Shown here in pieces: positions 30,342 through 41,302 of a stretch of DNA of 64,000 nucleotides. The position numbers were made by a program, and so were the translations under genes. The notes beneath the pieces are model-generated. The model worked only from the letters and a program-made list of their open reading frames with translations, made no database searches and was not told the DNA's origin. The DNA is from Tetramitus jugosus. Its lineage: Eukaryota > Protista > Heterolobosea. How positions within the stretch are numbered: the stretch's first letter is position 1; each line of letters begins with the position of its first letter. The stretch lies in NCBI GenBank assembly GCA_937625935.1, contig OW569352.1, positions 372,001 to 436,000 of the forward strand, given 5' to 3'.

Positions 30342-30820
30342 ATGGGTGACTGTAAACCATCTGAAGATCTGCTGGCCGCATTCAAGAAGCTTCGTTTCTC
30401 CCGAGCCAACTATAGCTCTGCTCTTCTCCTGAAGGTTGATAAAGCTAAGAATTCTTTGGAAGTGGATGAAAAGTTTGAGGAAACAAGCTTGGAAAGTGTT
30501 GCCCAAGAGTTAGAAGAAGGTAACCCAAGATTTATCATCTACTCGTTCAGTATGTTGTCCGTGTGTACAATTGTTTCTTTCTCGAGAGAAAACTGGTCTA
30601 ATTGCTTCTAAAAGAATGGGACAGAGGAGACAGAGTTCAATTCCCTCTCATTCTCATCTATTACAACCCAGAGGGAGCTAGTCCCACCATGAACATGATG
30701 TACAGTAGGTCGTACGACATTATTCGCAAACAGTTGGACGGAGTACAAAGATCATTCGACATTCGAGACTCAGAGGAGCTAAGTGACAATTGGCTCTTGA
30801 ATAAACTCCAAAAAGCATAA
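30342..30820 (+). CDS. GMF: Glia maturation factor-like ADF-H protein, intron 30550-30614
   Basis: KKLRFS, PRFIIYSF|KWDRGDRVQFPLILIYYNP...MMYS...EELSDNWL. Confidence 0.88.
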
Positions 30821-30881
30821 CTATCTCATGAGCACCAAGAAGAGACCAACTGTATGACCCGTAGATGTATTTCTTCGGCAG

Positions 30882-32795
30882 ATGCCTCTTCTAGGCCAAA
30901 AAGAGCCGTGTTCGACTTTTCAAGTAGACGGGGTAAAGACAAATAATTATTCCTACAGATCAAATGTCAAGGACAGAGAATCCCAAGAAGAAACCAAAAC
31001 AACTTGCGCACCTATTTGTCACCCAGTAGGCATCAACACCATCACCAAAAACAGTCACTTAGAGATGAAGCACCACCTAAAGCTACCATCATTCGAGTCT
31101 GCCAGCAGTGATCCAGATGAATACTTGAGCCGTCCTTCGTCAGCTCGTGGCCCAAGCAGTCACTATTCTTCACAAGAGTTGCCTCGTTTGTTGGCACTTC
31201 CGAAAAACTGTAGAAACATCAAATTACCACAGTCAAACAACAGTAATTCGCCACGTATTCTTTCTACGACTCCTCGCCTGAGAACACCGACGACTCCCCG
31301 GGTTTCTCCGCGGTCGGAGGCGGAGTCAGGAAGCCCGCGAAAAAGTAAATTTACAGGAGCAACACCCAGCGGTTTCTCTTTTTCTAGGTCTGATCTCGGT
31401 GGTGTTGACTCTGTGTTTTTTTCTCAACACAACGTACCAGTGTTGAACACGGTGAATTGGCTCGTGCCAGACTGCTTAGCATTCGGAGCTTTCCCATTCA
31501 ACAAGGACCTCATTCAAAAATGGAAGACAAGAGACAGCAGTGTGCTCAACTATGATAGCTATGAGCCTTACACTGACATGGACCGCTCCTGTAAATACAT
31601 TGCCAGCAAATTTGACGTGATTGTCAATCTCGTGCCGAGAGACGAGTTTGAAAAGTGTCAATTTGAACCATCTGACTATCAACAAGTTTTGAATCAGTTT
31701 AGGCGGGCGAGACCACAGTGGATTGCTGCCTCACCGGTCACACCTCGAAGGCAAGCACCTCCCGACATTATTTTCTTGGATCGAGCAATACAGTCATCTT
31801 GCTTGTTGTTGTCAGAGAATGATGCTGCCGATCATTGTAGTGATAATAGTAGCAGTGGTGGCAGTGGCAGTAGTGACAGCAAGAGTAGCAATCATTTGAA
31901 ATTGGATGAGACATATCGGCTGTTGGAAGATGTTTCAAACGAGATTGTAAGCATGATTGTGACGAATACTAATAATAATACTAATATGAATACGAACAAT
32001 AATACGAGCAATAATAACAATCGAAAGAGAGTATTGATTCATTCAGTGGATGGAACGAGCAGGGCACCGATTATCGCTGGACTGGTCATGTCCAAAATCT
32101 ATAACATGGAACGAGAGAGTACAATTGTTCGATTGCAAGCTACGCATGATTGTCGAGGTGAAACCTTTAAGCGACAACTGGTCATTGGCGATTGGATACA
32201 GAATATGCTAGAAATGTTTCCACCATCTGCAACTCTCCTGTCTTCGACACCACCGACTACACCAACAACACATGTGGGTAACCTGGGCATTCTACCTCAA
32301 CAACCGTTTGTTGATCTGGGTATATCTACTCCTAGAGCATCTCCTATAGTTTCATCATCTCCGCGTGATATCAAACCCGTGTCTTCATCTCCCATGGGAG
32401 ATGTGATTGTATCGCCACAATTTTCATCTCCATCGTCATTGGCATGCATGACACCTTCACCGCACAGAAAAACATCATTCTTACGGAGGTTACCCTCGGC
32501 TGCTCAATTCCTATCTCGAAAACGAGTGGACGTCAAGACAAGCAGCGACGCGCCATCGCCTGCCTCGTCTCCCTCATTCTCTCCTGTTGTGCCCAAGCTA
32601 GCTTCAGCTCCCAGTTTGTTGAGCAGCCGATCCGAGAGTACGCTTTCTGGCTCGTCAAAGCACGAAAGTTTGGAGATTGATATTTTGGATGTTGATTCAG
32701 AGAGTTGTATTGACTCAGATAGTGAAAACGATGCTGACACGAACGCGGGAGAACAACCGGCAACAAACAGGACAAAGAGAAGCTCATCTAGGTAA
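30882..32795 (+). CDS. Dual-specificity phosphatase-like protein with Cys-to-Ser P-loop (pseudophosphatase); start may be the ATG at 31063
   Basis: NWLVPDCLAFGAFP, VIVNLV, VLIHSVDGTSRAPIIAG; S/P-rich flanks. Confidence 0.75.
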   Translation: MPLLGQKEPCSTFQVDGVKTNNYSYRSNVKDRESQEETKTTCAPICHPVGINTITKNSHLEMKHHLKLPSFESASSDPDEYLSRPSSARGPSSHYSSQELPRLLALPKNCRNIKLPQSNNSNSPRILSTTPRLRTPTTPRVSPRSEAESGSPRKSKFTGATPSGFSFSRSDLGGVDSVFFSQHNVPVLNTVNWLVPDCLAFGAFPFNKDLIQKWKTRDSSVLNYDSYEPYTDMDRSCKYIASKFDVIVNLVPRDEFEKCQFEPSDYQQVLNQFRRARPQWIAASPVTPRRQAPPDIIFLDRAIQSSCLLLSENDAADHCSDNSSSGGSGSSDSKSSNHLKLDETYRLLEDVSNEIVSMIVTNTNNNTNMNTNNNTSNNNNRKRVLIHSVDGTSRAPIIAGLVMSKIYNMERESTIVRLQATHDCRGETFKRQLVIGDWIQNMLEMFPPSATLLSSTPPTTPTTHVGNLGILPQQPFVDLGISTPRASPIVSSSPRDIKPVSSSPMGDVIVSPQFSSPSSLACMTPSPHRKTSFLRRLPSAAQFLSRKRVDVKTSSDAPSPASSPSFSPVVPKLASAPSLLSSRSESTLSGSSKHESLEIDILDVDSESCIDSDSENDADTNAGEQPATNRTKRSSSR

Positions 32796-32828
32796 TCCGT
32801 TGTATTGGAACATAAACGCACACATTAT

Positions 32829-35800
32829 TTATTTTTTCTTGCCCTTGCCCTTCTTGGTTGTAATTGGAATTCCACCAACGACGTTTTGTTGAGCTTGCTG
32901 CTGCGGTGCTTGCTTCTGGTTCGATTTCTTTGGTGCTGGCTTCATGGCAGTTTCAATGGCCGAGAGGGTATTCCAATAGAACGACTCGTGTGGTTCGAGG
33001 AAGATTGCCTTTTGAATGAAGGCAAAAGCGGGCTCATAGGCATTACTCTCAAAAGCAAACAGTGCCAAGCTGTAATAAATAAATGCACTCGTTGGCTGGA
33101 TATCTCGCTCGGCCCATAGCTCGTTCTCTGCTCCTTCCCAGTCCTCAGCCTGATAATACACCTTGTAGAGGGATAGATGGTTCAAGGGCTGGGCACTATC
33201 CAACTCTATTGCCTTTTTGAAGGCAAAGGATGCTCTACCACTATCCTGCAAGAGGAAGCACAACTTACCGTACAATAGATATGCCGCTGGGGATTGATTG
33301 TTCAACTTTAGTGCCTTTCTGATATACTTAATACCATCCACTGCGTATCTATCATGGTTTGCTGCATCATCCTGATCATATAAACTTAGCAGATAGACAA
33401 GAGCCAACTTAGAATAGATGACAAACTTGCGTGACTTGTGATCTATCTTTGATGACTTCAGTTGGTGGAGCGCAGAAGTTAGACAAAGCTCTGCGGCTCT
33501 TAGTCTGTTCTCGTTGAGGAAGATATCAGCCATTCTGAGCCATGTTGCTATGTTTCCGGCATCTCGTCGGAGAGAATTCTCAAACAGCTTGAAGTATTTC
33601 TGCTGTTCATCTCCCTTTGCATGAATACATGTGGCAAGAACAGCATACAACACAGCTTCGATATGGTTCTTGACTCCGCCAGATATAGTTGTGTCTGACA
33701 TCAGCTCTTTAACATGGGTCATACATAGTGAGTAGTCTCCTGATGCAACATAGTCATCACACAGAGCTACATGAAGTGGAAGCAGAGCAACAGTGTCTCT
33801 CTTCTGAGCTGCATTGGAAGCCACTGAAAGATAACCAGATAAAATGGCCTTTGCATTCGACATCTCTTTGTGTTTCTTTGTTAGTTGAGCAAGGGAGTGA
33901 GTGCAGGCAGCAATGAGCTCACGAGCAGGCATGTGTGTGGGATCGTACATGAGCACCTTCTGTGCCATGCGCAGACTGTACTCAACAGACACTTTCGCAT
34001 TATGATATCTAGGTGCAATACCCATGGCGTAATACAACATTGCAATATTGTACAGTCTTTCTGTTAGTGCCTTCATATCGTTGCTAAAGGTATGAATTGT
34101 CAATTTGGACATGGATGTTTGCAACAGTTGAACAACAATGTGAGATAGAATGTCTGGAGTGACAGCAGCATCAGATACTGAGAATTCAGCTTCGTAGTTA
34201 ACTGTTTGTGACTTCTTCTTGGTTGGTTTTGCTACGTGCTCAGAAGTTCTCTCCTCAGCAACCATGTTTCGCATTCTGAGTGAAAGTGTTGCTAAAACAT
34301 CCCACAAATCAGCACGATATGGGAACATATAAATTGCTTTTTGGATCGTGTTTCGTGCCTTCAACGGCTTGTTTTGGAATAAATAAATATTGCTTTCCAG
34401 AATATAAGCATTCACGTCAGAATAGTTTGTCAACTTCTCGTGAATTCTTCTGACGACCTTCAAGGCAACATCTGGATTTTGAGGCATAGTAAGTGCAGAT
34501 AGAGATGCATATTGATAGTATGCAGCTACATCTTGAGGATATAACTTCATGCATTGTTCTAATGTTGTTTTTGCATTCTGGAAATCTCCTGTTGAGTAGT
34601 AGAGCTTTGCTAAGATCAGTAAGAGTTGCTTCTTATTCTTCTCATCCTTGGCAAGTTTGGACTTATCGTTCAGAATTCTCGATAGATAGTTGACCGATTC
34701 ACTGTAATGGCCCAAATTATGGCTCGATACCGCTAGACCAATCGCAATACCTACATCATCGCTCATGATCGGTTCATTCGACTTGTACAGATCATATGCT
34801 TCTTGATACCGCCCCAAACTATTTAACACACGAGCCAAATTCACAAGGCAAATAATTCGTCGATTTTCAGGTGTGTAACCAAGTGAGGAGAGCGACCCGA
34901 ATGAAATAGAATCTGTGTTGAATGTCCATCCAGAGAGGGAAGAGGAGATCTTAGTCGGAGTGCTGGCACTTGAACCATGTTTGTCAAGGAGTGCTACGGC
35001 TTTTTTGAATGCATACTCAGCCTCTGAAAACCTTTCTAATTTTTCAAGACAAAGACCATAGATATTCCAAGCACCGGGATTGTACTGATCAAACTGAAGA
35101 TACTTCAACAGTGCTTGATATGCGGGAAGGTATTCTCCCTTAATAAAGCCAGTATATGCCATACCAAGAGTTGCTGGTGCAGTTTTTTCTAAAAAGACAG
35201 CATGTTTAAAGTCAGAAACAGCTCTGTCAATACCAGTCTTTTTAGCAGCAATTTCGTTCAAAACTGCAAGGCCAGTCCAAGCAACAGTACTTGCTGGATC
35301 TAATGTTTGTGCCTTCACAAACGCTTCCTTCGCAAAGTAGTACTTCTTATTTTCAATGTATAAGATAGCAAGATTGTTCCATGAAGCACTTGCCTTAGGA
35401 TTCAATTGGATAGCCCTGATGAAACAATGTTGTTTAACAGCAGGATTTCGCTCAGCACAACCCAATCCATTCCAGTAAAGAGAATTATGTGGATTAATCG
35501 TAATGGCAACTCGATATGATGCTGCAGCTTGTTTCTGAACTTGCTCAATAAGTACCTCATCATGCACCTGACTGTCTACTTCCATAATATGCGCTTGATT
35601 CCCAAAATTAACTCCCAGATCATACCAATTATCTGGTTGAGATGGATCAAGATTGATTAAATGTTCATAACATACTGATCCGATCTTGAGGTAATCCAGA
35701 CGATTTTGTGGTGTCTTATCAAAAGACTGTACATAAACTAGTGGTAATTCAGCTGATGAAATAGTTTTCTCATAGCTCGAGTGGGCTTCAATCACCGATT

Positions 35801-38282
35801 CATTTGGCACATTGGAAAAGAATGTGCAAATGTCACCAAACAGTTTCCAATAGCTTTGCATATGTGTGCATGGATAGTTGGCAGATGCTCTTAGAATGCT
35901 GATTGCTTTCATGAGGTTATGTGCCGACTTAACAAAGAGTCCGTCCTTTTGATTCTTGATTGCCATTTGGAAGGTGGTCTCTGCTAATCCTTTGTAAGCA
36001 GTGATGAAGTGTGGTGCAAGTTCAATTGCTTGTTCATATATATTTCTTGCTTCGAAGTACTCTTGCAGTAGGAAATGAATATAGGCACTAGAAACAATAG
36101 AATACACCAAACTTTCGTCCAACTCCCTCGCTCTGTTGTAAGCTTTGAGGGCGGCAAGATACTTTCCCTCTTTCTGATACGTATCAGCTAGTCCCTGCCA
36201 GCAAAGCGCATCACGACTATCAACTCGCAAAGCACTTTGGAAACTGAGGGTAGATTCTTGGTACTTCGATAAAGCCTGTTGCAGAAACCCGAACCTTTTC
36301 CATGCCCATTTAGCTCTTGGATTTTTAGTTGTGCATTCCTGTAACAGAGAGTACAAAAGAGTTTTCTGATTTCGTGATGCATAGAGCTCACTTACTCGTT
36401 CTCCCGCTTCCTCCTCAAGTGGATTTAGACTAACAGCCTTAATGTAGCATTTGATCGCTCTTTCAACATCATGTGCAACATCCTCGAAGTACAAACCAAG
36501 ATAGGTGAAACTCGATGCAAATTGAGGATTGAGTTTTGCTGATGTTAGAAAGCTGGTTTGAGCAAAATTCTTGTTCATTCTGTATTCTCCACCGAGAGCC
36601 CAATAACATCTTCCTAAGCGATAGTGGAATATATACTGACTAGAATCAAGGTCAATGGCCACATTCAAGCACTTGATAGCTTGTTCATACTCATTATCAA
36701 GAAAATGCATCCAGGCAACCTGACTGTGTGATATCGCATCAGATGGATGGATGCTCAACACTCGTTGATAAAGTTCTCTTGCTTTCGTGTAGTTGTGACG
36801 ACTAAACTCAATCTCTCCAAGTCCTTTGATTGCATCAACGTTCTCCTTATCAAAATCATTCAAAATAGTGTTATAGATCTTCTCGGCCTCCTCTAGCTGA
36901 TTTGTCTTCACAAGGGATAGAGCTTGAAGATTCAGTAATTGCACATGTAACTTGACCAATTTCGATTTGTGCTGTTGCGATCTTGTAACAATCTGAGTAG
37001 CACCAAATACAGCACACTGGGCTGCTTTGATGTACCTCTTTTGGTCGTAAAACAATTGCGTAAAATCAATCCATCCTTGAATGTAGTCTGGGCATTCTTT
37101 CAATCCCTTTTGCAACAGAACTTCCAATTCATACTCAGTACGCTGTTGATCAGCAGGGTACATCTCATACAAAATAATGGAACTGATTCCTTCATAGGGA
37201 AATCCGTGTGCAATCTTTGAACGAACAGAACGAATATATTCCTGATCGTATGGACACGTATCTTCCTCGGCAAACATTAGTTGTAAATAATATGCATAGA
37301 AGGAAATACCATGTTTCTTCAATATGAAATCACATTGCACCATCACAGACTTCTTCAATTGCTCTTCTGCCTTCTTATCTGTTGCAGCAATGAATCGATC
37401 ATACAATCTCTTAATGTATTTTTCATGATGCGTCATTGGAATCAATAATTTATCATTCGAAGATGACAAATCAATCAAATTTCTCATTAGTCGATCATAG
37501 TTTGTGTCATGATTGTTCTCAATATATTCTCTTCTCTTTGAAATTGACCACTCGTCCATCAATTCCTTCTTCTCTTGCTCCGTAATCAACTCATCATCTC
37601 TAGGCATCAATTGATCAATCTCTCTCGAACTCAATTTCGATTTTTTGCCCATGAGCTTCTGTCGAGCAGCATTCTTCAACGACTGGATATGATTCTCCAT
37701 TGATTCCTTAATTTGTTGTTGAATGGTGGCATCTTCCTGCATTTCATACACTGGCAACAATAGAGTCATATATTTGAACTGTTCAGTTGTTTCATTGTCC
37801 TTGGCAGATTGATCAATCAACTCTTTCAACAATTTTTCTTGTGTTTCACAAACTTGAGATGTCATTTCACTTGCATCCAACATGGACAACAAGCATGCCA
37901 ATTTGTGAGCATAAATCTTCCATCGAGTGCGATCCGTATTGCTCAACAATTGAACCACCTTTGTGTTCACTTGTATCGCACTGTTCAACAACAATGCGTT
38001 TTTCTGCTTATTTTTTTGGAGAGAACTCAGTGGAAACAGCTCTGAAAGTCCCAACCATGCCTGAGGATTATTGGGATCAACTTCGATTGCCTTCCTGTAC
38101 GCTTGTTCAGCAGCTTCCAACTTACCAAGCTTCTGAGAACAAAAACCAGCAAACATGAAGACATGATAGTTGGAAGAGTCGATTTTTAGGGCTTTTTTTA
38201 GGTGCTTGAGTGCTTCTTCATATTGTTGTTGATCAATTGCTTCCTTTGTGAGTCGAAGAACATTCTTCAATTCTTTGCTCAT
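32829..38282 (-). CDS. SKI3: SKI complex TPR subunit SKI3/TTC37
   Basis: 1817 aa of TPRs; SKI3-type motifs 'FLTSAKLNPQFASSFTYLGLYF', 'WAWKRFG', 'QHCFIRAI'. Confidence 0.88.
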   Translation of the reverse strand: MSKELKNVLRLTKEAIDQQQYEEALKHLKKALKIDSSNYHVFMFAGFCSQKLGKLEAAEQAYRKAIEVDPNNPQAWLGLSELFPLSSLQKNKQKNALLLNSAIQVNTKVVQLLSNTDRTRWKIYAHKLACLLSMLDASEMTSQVCETQEKLLKELIDQSAKDNETTEQFKYMTLLLPVYEMQEDATIQQQIKESMENHIQSLKNAARQKLMGKKSKLSSREIDQLMPRDDELITEQEKKELMDEWSISKRREYIENNHDTNYDRLMRNLIDLSSSNDKLLIPMTHHEKYIKRLYDRFIAATDKKAEEQLKKSVMVQCDFILKKHGISFYAYYLQLMFAEEDTCPYDQEYIRSVRSKIAHGFPYEGISSIILYEMYPADQQRTEYELEVLLQKGLKECPDYIQGWIDFTQLFYDQKRYIKAAQCAVFGATQIVTRSQQHKSKLVKLHVQLLNLQALSLVKTNQLEEAEKIYNTILNDFDKENVDAIKGLGEIEFSRHNYTKARELYQRVLSIHPSDAISHSQVAWMHFLDNEYEQAIKCLNVAIDLDSSQYIFHYRLGRCYWALGGEYRMNKNFAQTSFLTSAKLNPQFASSFTYLGLYFEDVAHDVERAIKCYIKAVSLNPLEEEAGERVSELYASRNQKTLLYSLLQECTTKNPRAKWAWKRFGFLQQALSKYQESTLSFQSALRVDSRDALCWQGLADTYQKEGKYLAALKAYNRARELDESLVYSIVSSAYIHFLLQEYFEARNIYEQAIELAPHFITAYKGLAETTFQMAIKNQKDGLFVKSAHNLMKAISILRASANYPCTHMQSYWKLFGDICTFFSNVPNESVIEAHSSYEKTISSAELPLVYVQSFDKTPQNRLDYLKIGSVCYEHLINLDPSQPDNWYDLGVNFGNQAHIMEVDSQVHDEVLIEQVQKQAAASYRVAITINPHNSLYWNGLGCAERNPAVKQHCFIRAIQLNPKASASWNNLAILYIENKKYYFAKEAFVKAQTLDPASTVAWTGLAVLNEIAAKKTGIDRAVSDFKHAVFLEKTAPATLGMAYTGFIKGEYLPAYQALLKYLQFDQYNPGAWNIYGLCLEKLERFSEAEYAFKKAVALLDKHGSSASTPTKISSSLSGWTFNTDSISFGSLSSLGYTPENRRIICLVNLARVLNSLGRYQEAYDLYKSNEPIMSDDVGIAIGLAVSSHNLGHYSESVNYLSRILNDKSKLAKDEKNKKQLLLILAKLYYSTGDFQNAKTTLEQCMKLYPQDVAAYYQYASLSALTMPQNPDVALKVVRRIHEKLTNYSDVNAYILESNIYLFQNKPLKARNTIQKAIYMFPYRADLWDVLATLSLRMRNMVAEERTSEHVAKPTKKKSQTVNYEAEFSVSDAAVTPDILSHIVVQLLQTSMSKLTIHTFSNDMKALTERLYNIAMLYYAMGIAPRYHNAKVSVEYSLRMAQKVLMYDPTHMPARELIAACTHSLAQLTKKHKEMSNAKAILSGYLSVASNAAQKRDTVALLPLHVALCDDYVASGDYSLCMTHVKELMSDTTISGGVKNHIEAVLYAVLATCIHAKGDEQQKYFKLFENSLRRDAGNIATWLRMADIFLNENRLRAAELCLTSALHQLKSSKIDHKSRKFVIYSKLALVYLLSLYDQDDAANHDRYAVDGIKYIRKALKLNNQSPAAYLLYGKLCFLLQDSGRASFAFKKAIELDSAQPLNHLSLYKVYYQAEDWEGAENELWAERDIQPTSAFIYYSLALFAFESNAYEPAFAFIQKAIFLEPHESFYWNTLSAIETAMKPAPKKSNQKQAPQQQAQQNVVGGIPITTKKGKGKKK

Positions 38283-38524
38283 TTCTCGAAAGTTTTTGTT
38301 GTTGATCTTTTTTTTTCGTTGTTGATACTTTATTGTTTTTGAACTTGCTCGCGACCACTCTATTCACATCAAATGGGATTTTGATCTTGTCTGACATGCT
38401 CATCCATTGAGAGGAAGCCATTTAGAGTACAAACCACCTCTGTTAACTAAACCAAGTTGGGAGTAACGTCAATGCCAGCGCGCTTATTAGTTCCTGACAT
38501 TCAACTTCAAGCCCATTATGTAAC

Positions 38525-39799
38525 TTAAGAGTCACTGAACAGGAAGCTAACATCTGAAAGCCTATGATCTTTCATTCGATCAATCAACAATGAAAGTGGA
38601 GAGTGAGTCTTGGGACTGACAATCGCTACCATGTAAAGATTTCCTGACTCCAGATGCGTGATAGCCATGTTCAAAGGACGCAAGTCAACATATCTCTCCT
38701 TGTCTGACAATCCATACACGACCGATCGATCATACACTGCATACAGTGAGGATCTTATGCCTTGTACCTCTACTTTGTGACCAGCTGTGAAGTCATTTGG
38801 AAGGATCAATGGCCTCATATTGGTCTGGTTTGTTGCATCTATTGTTCCAGAACCATAAAATTGTGAGCCGTCATGGGACATGACAATTGTTCGATTCGCC
38901 TTTGCATCGATGAATATTTTGGAGACGTGGAATGGCAAATCGAGGAGATGCCATGAAGATCTCTGTCGTTTTGTCCCATCTCCCAACTCACCCTTTGCAT
39001 TCCATCCCACAGTAAATACTCTGCCTCTCGTAGTTAGCACAACAGTGTGGGCTCCACCCAACCCAAGATCGTTAATCAATTCTCCCTCATCTAAAACAAG
39101 TGAGGTAATACGAGTAAATCTCCTCTTTGGTTCATAATCGGGTGTTCCAAGTTGTCTGCAACTATTGGATCCGGTCATGAAGAGTACTCTTTGATCGACC
39201 ACGATGCCCGCATGGAAATGACCTGCCTTCATATGAGTGATCCTCGAACTCTCATGACAACCATTCATCGAGGTCATAAACTCATACACTGGCGTAAAGA
39301 CATCCCATCTGTCACGAGTAGTGGGCTCATTAATTCCCAATTGTCCATCACCGTTGGACCCACGACTAAACACCCATCGATCATTTACCACGACAAAAAC
39401 ACACTCCCCTCCACAGACGAGTCTCGTCATCCGATTCATGGGATCGTAAAGAAGCTCAGACAGCTTCTCTCCCAATTTTACTTCGACCCATTCACCGACA
39501 CGATAATTCATGGTGGCATCAACAATCTCACAGTTCGCGGAATAGCCCATGCCTAACAAGCGATTATTGTTCGTCAATACAACAATGAACAATTCACCAC
39601 ATGCCAAATGAGTGATATATTCCTCTTCTCCTCTCTCAGACGAGAGTTCGTTGTTCCTGGGGACCACTGCGGTTGGAAAAGGAAGATGAGACACGGTCTT
39701 AGATTGAATGACCTGGGAAGGATAAGAAGGGAAACAATCATTTTTGGTTGGATAGAAACGCAAAGCATCACCAAAGATCATAATGTGCTGTTCCACCAT
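38525..39799 (-). CDS. RCC1-like repeat protein
   Basis: GSNGDGQLG, GGAHTVVLTTRGRVFTVGWNAKGELGDG; C-terminal LSDVSF motif. Confidence 0.88.
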   Translation of the reverse strand: MVEQHIMIFGDALRFYPTKNDCFPSYPSQVIQSKTVSHLPFPTAVVPRNNELSSERGEEEYITHLACGELFIVVLTNNNRLLGMGYSANCEIVDATMNYRVGEWVEVKLGEKLSELLYDPMNRMTRLVCGGECVFVVVNDRWVFSRGSNGDGQLGINEPTTRDRWDVFTPVYEFMTSMNGCHESSRITHMKAGHFHAGIVVDQRVLFMTGSNSCRQLGTPDYEPKRRFTRITSLVLDEGELINDLGLGGAHTVVLTTRGRVFTVGWNAKGELGDGTKRQRSSWHLLDLPFHVSKIFIDAKANRTIVMSHDGSQFYGSGTIDATNQTNMRPLILPNDFTAGHKVEVQGIRSSLYAVYDRSVVYGLSDKERYVDLRPLNMAITHLESGNLYMVAIVSPKTHSPLSLLIDRMKDHRLSDVSFLFSDS

Positions 39800-40123
39800 T
39801 TTTAGTTTTTTTGCATGGTTTCGCTTTTCGAAGAGAACTCAAGTCTTCAACAAGTCTTCTTTTTCTCTTATCTGATAGCTTCTGTTGATTCACTCATAAC
39901 ATGGTACAATGAGAATTGTTTGCGATGGGGCAGCATTTTCTCCGAAAACACTTCTCGTACCTGACATCTGACATGTTGTTATCCTATTTCAAAGTGATTT
40001 GCCTCACCCTCTATTCTCCGTGTTTGACCGAGGCGGAGTTCTTCCCCCAACACATTGGAAGAAAGGACGTTTCTTGTAAAACATCTCATCATCACCAAAC
40101 CTCCTACTATCGCTGCCTAACAT

Positions 40124-41029
40124 ATGAAGCTTTTAGCCCACATTATCGTTCTCCTCCTCTGTATCATCTACGTTGTCTCCTTTGCTCAAGCTTCCAAAAG
40201 CAAGAGCAGAGTTAGATCCATTAGCAAGGCCACCGCTGGTGACTTGCGTGTTGGTTCATTCAACATTCAAGTCTTTGGTGTGAAGAAGATGGCTGACCCT
40301 GCTGTCGTCAAGGTTCTTGTCAACACACTCGCTCGTTACGATATTTGCCTCGTTCAAGAGATTCGTGATTCCAATGGCGAGTCCATTCACGCTCTTGTTG
40401 CCAAGCTCAATGAAAGCACTGGTAAGGGCTACAAGGTTGCTTTGAGTGATAGATTGGGAAGAACTAACTCCAAGGAAGCCTATGGATTCATCTATGATCC
40501 AACCAAGGTTCTCATCGTTGGTCAATACCAATACCCACAAGCTCTTGATCAATTTGAACGTGCTCCATTCAGTATTTTGATTCAAAGCAAGACCAACGCT
40601 GCTCAAAAGTGGTTCTTCACTGGTGTTCACATCTCACCTGGAAAGGCTCCTGCTGAGATCAACAACATGTACGAAGTCTATCAATACTATGCAAAGGATG
40701 CTCACTTGAAGCCTGTCATCACCAAGAACTGGTTGCTCATGGGTGACTTCAATGCTGATTGCAGCTACATGAGAAAGTCTGCCTGGACCAACAATCTCTT
40801 TGCTATCCACAGCTCCCAATTCAAGTACTTGATTTACACTGGACAAGGTACCACTGTTGCTGGTTCCAACTGCGCATATGACAGATTTGTGACCACTCAC
40901 ACAAGCTTCACTCCTGAAAACACCAAGGTCAACGTTTTCAAGTTTGACAAGGCTTACAATTTGGATGCCGCTTTCGCAAAGAAGGTCAGTGACCACTTCC
41001 CAATTGAGATGTCCATCTCTGGCTGGTAA
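40124..41029 (+). CDS. Secreted deoxyribonuclease I family enzyme
   Basis: Signal peptide; SFNIQVFG, LVQEIRD, GVHISP, MGDFNADCSY, CAYDRF, VSDHFPIE. Confidence 0.93.
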   Translation: MKLLAHIIVLLLCIIYVVSFAQASKSKSRVRSISKATAGDLRVGSFNIQVFGVKKMADPAVVKVLVNTLARYDICLVQEIRDSNGESIHALVAKLNESTGKGYKVALSDRLGRTNSKEAYGFIYDPTKVLIVGQYQYPQALDQFERAPFSILIQSKTNAAQKWFFTGVHISPGKAPAEINNMYEVYQYYAKDAHLKPVITKNWLLMGDFNADCSYMRKSAWTNNLFAIHSSQFKYLIYTGQGTTVAGSNCAYDRFVTTHTSFTPENTKVNVFKFDKAYNLDAAFAKKVSDHFPIEMSISGW

Positions 41030-41119
41030 AATGATTGTTCTCCTCCAAACAAAAATTTTTATTGAATGTCGATGCTTGGCAGAATCGGCTCACTCAAACC
41101 AAAGACAAAACCAAAAAGT

Positions 41120-41192
41120 TCCTCCGAGCGTGACTCGAACACGCGACCACAAGATCTACAGTCTCATGCTCTACCATCTGAGCTATCAGAGG
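41120..41192 (-). tRNA. tRNA-Tyr (GUA), intronless
   Basis: CCTCTGA/TCGGAGG-A acceptor, D-arm GCTCAGATGGTAGAGC, anticodon loop CTGTAGA, T-arm GCGTG-TTCGAGT-CACGC, downstream T5. Confidence 0.95.
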
Positions 41193-41302
41193 TCGGTGTC
41201 CACATACTACTAATTTCGAAATTATTGATAAAAATACCGAAAAATTCCGCCCCGAAAAGATCAAGAATCGTGAAACAGAAACAAACAGAACTTGATGAAA
41301 AA

